A stretch of DNA of 63,870 nucleotides, filler included, from Malassezia furfur (Eukaryota), in NCBI GenBank assembly GCA_052055015.1. It is 49 parts of 49 records of this genome, joined end to end, with 100 filler letters (N's around TTAATTAATTAA, not from the genome) between each part and the next. Parts side by side here need not be neighbours in the genome. Positions count along the whole stretch, not along the records: positions 58,929 to 60,090 come from JBQJIT010001267.1; positions 60,191 to 61,351 come from JBQJIT010001268.1; positions 61,452 to 62,611 come from JBQJIT010001269.1; positions 62,712 to 63,870 come from JBQJIT010001270.1; 45 more parts are not named here. One strand, written 5' to 3'. Numbering within the stretch: the stretch's first letter is position 1; each line of letters opens with the position of its first letter. Positions 58,929 through 63,870 of this stretch are shown piece after piece. A program made the position numbers and the translations under genes. The notes under the pieces are model-generated. The model searched no databases, was not told the origin of the DNA, and saw only the letters and a program-made list of their open reading frames with translations.

Positions 58929-60090
58929 GAGCGCGATGCACAGCACGAGCAGCCAGTTGACGAGCGCCGTGAGGAACGCCGAGTGTGGCGAGATGTCGAG
59001 GCTCTCGGTGTAGTACAGCACGCCCGTCTGCGAGAAGCCAAAGTCCTGCGCGGCCCACACCACGGGGTTCGTCTCGCCGCCGGACACCATCTCGCCGCCG
59101 GCGCCCGTGTTGGGGGCATACAGCGCGCGGCGCACGGCGCGGCGCGCGGGCAGCGCCAAGAGGTCCGTGAGCGTCCCAGAGGAGCCGGTGTACACCGGGC
59201 TTGTCCGGGTTGAGGCCGACGGCGGGGTACAGGTTCGCGAGGCGCGCGTACTGTGCGTCCATCAGCGCGGCGTACGGCACGTTGCTGTCGTTGCTGCCGT
59301 GCGCGAGGCGCGTCGCGTAGATCGCCGCCTGCATCGGGCGCATGTAGATCAGGCCGAACGACCACGCCATGCTCAGCGAGTAGGTGTGGAAGACGCGCGG
59401 GACGATCAGCGTGAGCATCGACGTGAGCACGACGGTGTGCAGCGTGCCGACGATGTCCACGACGCGCCACTGCAGCGCGCTGAGCGAGTCGCGCCACAGC
59501 ATCGTGGCGACCGCCGCGACGATGGCCAGCAGCACCAGGCCGACCGTGCCCCACAGCACGCCCGGCGAGCGCGCGGTGAGCCCGTTGGCGAGCGTCACCT
59601 GCATGCACCCGACGGTGTCGTTGGTGTTCTGCCGGGTGAGGCGCAGCACGCCGAGCGCCTCGATGTCCGGCACGCTGAACACCACGTTGGGGATCGCCGA
59701 GGAGAACTTGGTCGGCACGCTGTACACGCCGGAGCCCGAGAAGTTGTACGGCGGCACCGGGCACAGGCTGCCCCCGCCGATCTCGCACAGGTCGATCGTC
59801 ATGTTGAACCAGTCGCGCCCGTACGCAAACAGGTTCAGCTCCGCGGACATGTTCAGGTTGCTCGGCAGCGCCGCCGCCGTCAGCTGGAAGTCCAGCGAGC
59901 GGTTCTGCCGGTAGAAGCGCACGTCCATCGCCGAGATCAGGATGGGGCCCGGCGGCGCACAGTACGCGACCGTCGACGTGTACAGGCTCTGCTCGTCGGC
60001 AGGCAGCACCTGCGCGACGCCCGGGCGGTACGCAGCTCCCTGGAGCGCGCTCGCGGCGACGGCGCCCACCGCCGCCGCGCGCGCGCACCT
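58929..60090 (-). CDS. TRP-like flavin carrier (Flc/Pkd2 family) with ML-like N-domain; 1-nt frameshift near 59197
   Basis: LYTSTVAYC, DLC..GG.LCPVP, FSVPDIEA, GCMQVTLANG, TM helices. Confidence 0.8.
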
Positions 60091-60190
60091 NNNNNNNNNN
60101 NNNNNNNNNNNNNNNNNNNNNNNNNNNNNNNNNNTTAATTAATTAANNNNNNNNNNNNNNNNNNNNNNNNNNNNNNNNNNNNNNNNNNNN

Positions 60191-61026
60191 CCTTCTGCAT
60201 GGAGCGCCTGCCGAGCCTCGAGGTGAGCTGGTCGACGTCGTTCCCGATGATGCGGTGCCTGCCGCAGTTTCTCGCGAACCTCTCGGCAGAGGTCAAGCCG
60301 TACATCGCACACTTTGCGCCGCGCATCAACCACACGCTGTGCCTCGACACGCTCATCTGGCTGCTCCGGCACAACGTCGTCGTGCACGTCCACAAGCACC
60401 TGCGCCTCGTCATCACCGCCCACGACCAGCAGCTCGCCTACACCCTCCGCCAGAAACGCCACGAGCAGCGCGCCCAGCGCCCGCACGCCCCCGACGGCGA
60501 GCAGGAGATGCTCATCGATACCCTCCGCGGCCAGATGCAGCGCGGCACCAACGTGCCCGAGCGCCCCGCAAACGCACGCCGGCGCGTGCACCGCTCGCTC
60601 TCGCGCTCCGACTCGAGCGACTCGAGCGCCGACGAGTGGCCGGGCATGGAGCCGATCGCCTCGGCGCAGCCCGCACTGCGCGCGCCGCCGCGCCGGCGGT
60701 CGCAGCCCTACTTCTCGGCAGAGGACGAGCACGAGGGAGACATCGACGACGACGACGACCTCGACGACCTCATCCCGAACGGCGTGCCGACGCCCGTGCT
60801 CATCACCGAGCCGAGCCGCGCGACGCGCCGCGAGAACGAGTGGATCTCGGCCATGCTCCACGGCAAGCACGCGTGGTATACCCGCTGGTTCCTCCGCCTG
60901 ATGCCCTACCTCAACGGCAAGCACACCATGGAGGAGATCGTGGCGCGCGAACGCCTGCGCCGCCGTGACCTCAAGCTCATCATGAGCCAGTTTGAGGCCA
61001 ACCTGCTCGTCTTTTCCCACCCGTAG
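60191..61026 (+). CDS. NPR3: Npr3/NPRL3 (SEACIT/GATOR1), C-terminus
   Basis: IWLLRHNVVVHVH, EPSRATRRENEWI, PYLNGKHTMEEIVARERLRR...FSHP*. Confidence 0.82.
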
Positions 61027-61142
61027 TCTCTACCCAGCATCCGCACGCTTACTCTGTATCCCAGCATCCGCACCCCTCGCCTCCACCGTCCCCCGTCCGT
61101 ACGCACCTCCACCTGCCGACGCGTCGCGACGCGTCTCGCACT

Positions 61143-61351
61143 ATGGACGACGTCGACGCCGAGTTCGACGACGCGCTCGACGCGAGCGTCCTTGCGCAGC
61201 TCGACGTGCTCGAGGCACAGCATACGCACGCAGACGACGCGATCGACCCCGAGATGGAGCAGCAGCTGCTCGACGCCTTCGACGCGCTCGACGACGAGGT
61301 GCAGACGCCGAGCATGCGCGCGACGCCGGGGCGTGCGCCTTGGCCGCGTCT
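61143..61351 (+). CDS. Acidic N-terminus, possibly Mph1/FANCM-like helicase
   Basis: MDDVDAEFDDALDASVLAQLDVLEA; no catalytic domain within the contig. Confidence 0.4.
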
Positions 61352-61451
61352 NNNNNNNNNNNNNNNNNNNNNNNNNNNNNNNNNNNNNNNNNNNNTTAAT
61401 TAATTAANNNNNNNNNNNNNNNNNNNNNNNNNNNNNNNNNNNNNNNNNNNN

Positions 61452-62611
61452 CGACGCACCCGACGCCCCGCTCGCCGCCGCGCGGCCATGCACGCCACGC
61501 GCCCGTCGGCGCGCGCGGCGGCGAGCGGGGCGTCGGGTGCGTCGCGCTGCAGCTTCGACTGGATCCGCTTGCCGTACGGCGTGTTGCGGATCGCCGGGAG
61601 GATGGGGCGGATGCAGTTGACGAGCTGCGCGCGCTGTGCCGGCTCGGCGTAGTCGAGCGCGGTCTGCACGACGTAGTTGGCGAACGAGTCGCGCAGGAGC
61701 GACTCGAGGCGCGCCTCGTCGATGAGCTCGTCGATGAGCAGCTTGCGCGACGCCAGGTCGGCGACGCGGATGCACTTCTCGATGACGTTCGAGCTAAACT
61801 TTTGCGCGGAGAGCACGCAGACGTGGTGCAGGAACTGGTGCGTGACCGCCTCGTTGAACGGCGGGTCGTTCAGGTCGAGCACGTACTGCACGACGTAGTT
61901 CCCGAACGGGTCCTGGACGAGCGGCAGCGCATGGCGCGTGATCTCGTGGACGAGCTGCAGGCGCTGCGCATCGGTGGCGTGGTCGATGCAGCGCTGCATC
62001 ACGCAGCACCCGTGGCGGTGCGTCGCGACGTCCACGCACTTCTGCGCGACCGCGTCGTAGATAAACTGGCTGTCCTCGGGCGCGAGGCGGTTGAGGCACT
62101 TTTGGATCACGTGGTTGCCGTTCAGGTCCTTGATGAGCGTCACGACGTTGCGGCGCAGCGCCGCAATGATCGTCTGCGTCTGCGCGGGCGTCGACAAAAA
62201 GTCGATCGTCTTTTGCACCGCACGCGTGCCGTGCATGTTGAGCGAGATCGTGACGAGGTCCGGCGCAATCGCATCCACAATCTGGTCACGCTGCGCGTCC
62301 GTGCAGTACTCGAGCAGCTTCTGGCACAGGTAGTTGCCGAACGGGTCGGTCATCAGCTCCGCAAAGTACGGGAACGTCTCGCGGAAGATCAGGTCGCACT
62401 GCGCGGGCACGTTCTCCTCCAGCTTCTTCTGGAGGAAGCGGCACCCGTACTGGTCGCGGCACAGCTGCGACAGCTCGCCGTGCAGCTCCTCGAGCCGCAT
62501 CGACGCAAGGTCCACGTCCGAGCGCCGCGCGCCCTTGAACGCGTCGTCCGCGGGCGCGCCGTCCGCCGCGAGCGGCGCACGCGCTGGCTTCGCGCGCGCG
62601 GACGACGCGTT
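61452..62611 (-). CDS. Pumilio-family RNA-binding protein (Puf4/Mpt5 type)
   Basis: Eight Puf repeats: DQYGCRFLQ, DPFGNYLCQ, NMHGTRAVQ, DLNGNHVIQ, HRHGCCVMQ, DPFGNYVVQ, QKFSSNVIE, DSFANYVVQ. Confidence 0.93.
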
Positions 62612-62711
62612 NNNNNNNNNNNNNNNNNNNNNNNNNNNNNNNNNNNNNNNNNNNNTTAATTAATTAANNNNNNNNNNNNNNNNNNNNNNNNNNNNNNNNN
62701 NNNNNNNNNNN

Positions 62712-63870
62712 GAGGAGCTGCTTGCGGCCCTCGCCGTCGCCCTCGGTGGCCTTGGCCATGAAGTCCGTGAGCAGCTTCGAGCCGGCCTCCATCTGGAGCC
62801 CGCCGGCGAGCGGCACGACGCGCGCGCGCGCCGCGGCCTGTGCAGCCGCATCGCCCGCACGCCGCTCCACGTGCACGAGCATGTCGTTGTCCAGCACAAA
62901 GCGGATCAGCTGCGCAAGCGCATCGACGTGCTGCGCAATCTCGCGGTCCAGCAGCTTGCGCAGCAACTCGGGCGGCGCAAACGGGTTGCGCGCAGGCGCA
63001 CGGGGCACGGCACGCACGCGCTCGCGCTCGCGCTCCACGCCGTGCGACTGCCGACACGCGGCGCCAAACGTGCACGTGCCTTGCAGGTAGTAGCGGCACA
63101 CGCGCGGCGCCTCGCGCGGCGCTGGCGCTTCGCGGGGGGGGATCTTGGACGAGACGGCGTCGCGCTCAAAGTCCATGTCGGATGACGACGAGGACGAGGA
63201 GGAAGAGGAGGAGGAGGACGCAGACGACGACGACGACGTGCTGGCGTCCGAGTCCGATGCGGCGTCATCGGCGTCATCCGCCTCGCCCGACACTGGCACA
63301 CGGTCCGTAGGTGCGGCACGGCGCTGAGAGGCCGACGCCGACGCAGTTGGCTCGTGCGCCGCGCCAGGCGCCGCTGCCTCTGTCGCCGCCGGTGCATGGT
63401 GCGTTGCGGCCGCTGCGCCGGCAGCTGGGGCGCGCGCGCCGGACGCCCGCGCCCGAGCCGCAGTCTTCTGCGCGACGTGCTCGGCCGTAGGAAAGCGTTT
63501 CTTCCGCTGCCGGATCCATTCGTCCACCAGCTCGGGCGTGTCGAGGCGGATGTTGAGCCCCTGGATCGTCGAGTCGATCGGGCCGTCCGCGCCACGCACC
63601 TGCCCGCGCCTCGCGCGCGCCGCACGTTCACGCTCCTGCGCCATGCGCATCGGGTCGCGCCGGCGCAGCTCGTCGAGCCCGCCGGGGGGGTATAGCAAGT
63701 GCCGGTCGGCACGGTGCAGCATAAGCTCCAGCTCGGAGCTCGCGACAAACGCACACGTGCGCGACTCGTCGAGCAGCGTCGTCTGGACGCCGCAGCGGTA
63801 CTGGGGGCCGGTCGGCGCGCGGCGCACGGCCGCCGGAATGCGCAGCGCCGTCACGGGGCGCACGGGGCGC
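62712..63870 (-). CDS. NUFIP1/Rsa1-domain protein with a CCCH zinc finger
   Basis: LDTPELVDEWIRQRKKRFPT, CRYYLQGTCTFGAACRQSH, LAQLIRFVLDNDML. Confidence 0.78.

Noticed and set aside
61033..61073. Direct repeat CCCAGCATCCGCAC x2 after NPR3
   Set aside because: Short local duplication with no support for a function.
1304..62667. Regularly spaced TTAATTAATTAA as a CRISPR-like array or biological repeat
   Set aside because: Always embedded in N44 runs between length-sorted contigs; it is a synthetic linker.
48..63695. Hundreds of long Arg/Ala-rich overlapping and antisense ORFs
   Set aside because: Shadow frames expected at high GC; one frame per locus carries recognisable motifs.
1..63870. 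Mobile elements, tRNA, rRNA, defence systems
   Set aside because: No transposase, RT or integrase motifs, cloverleafs or rRNA signatures recognised by eye; a covariance-model scan was not possible.

Overview
This window is not a contiguous locus. It is an artificial concatenation of 49 short contigs, sorted by decreasing length (1259 to 1159 nt) and joined by identical 100-nt spacers (N44-TTAATTAATTAA-N44, stops in all six frames). Adjacency across spacers has no biological meaning. The DNA is eukaryotic and fungal: very GC-rich (roughly 70% by eye), gene-dense, with spliceosomal introns and basidiomycete-type housekeeping gene fragments (Paf1, Mex67, Tra1, Pik1, Dbp7, Sin3, SF3B1, Nup188, Gnd1, Pds5, Utp10, Orc5, Brh2, Scp160, Pol kappa, Tho2, NF1/Ira, Npr3, Puf4 and others). 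A Malassezia-like yeast is the best fit (inference; species not determinable here). Gene calls come from recalled motif similarity, not database searches. Main signals: (1) 31 candidate micro-introns, 23 of them 21-26 nt, with the branch point almost fused to the 3' AG; (2) an SF3B1 fragment with substitutions around human branch-point hotspots; (3) a nuclear, intron-containing bacterial-type RNase P protein (RnpA); (4) PIK1 apparently lacking an ATG; (5) 53-133 nt bidirectional promoters sharing CAAGTCACGTG and TCGCGAA motifs; (6) a PAM2 motif on THOC7. Several contig ends carry exact 55-nt duplications or fold-backs that are assembly artefacts. No rRNA, tRNA, CRISPR array or mobile element was recognised.
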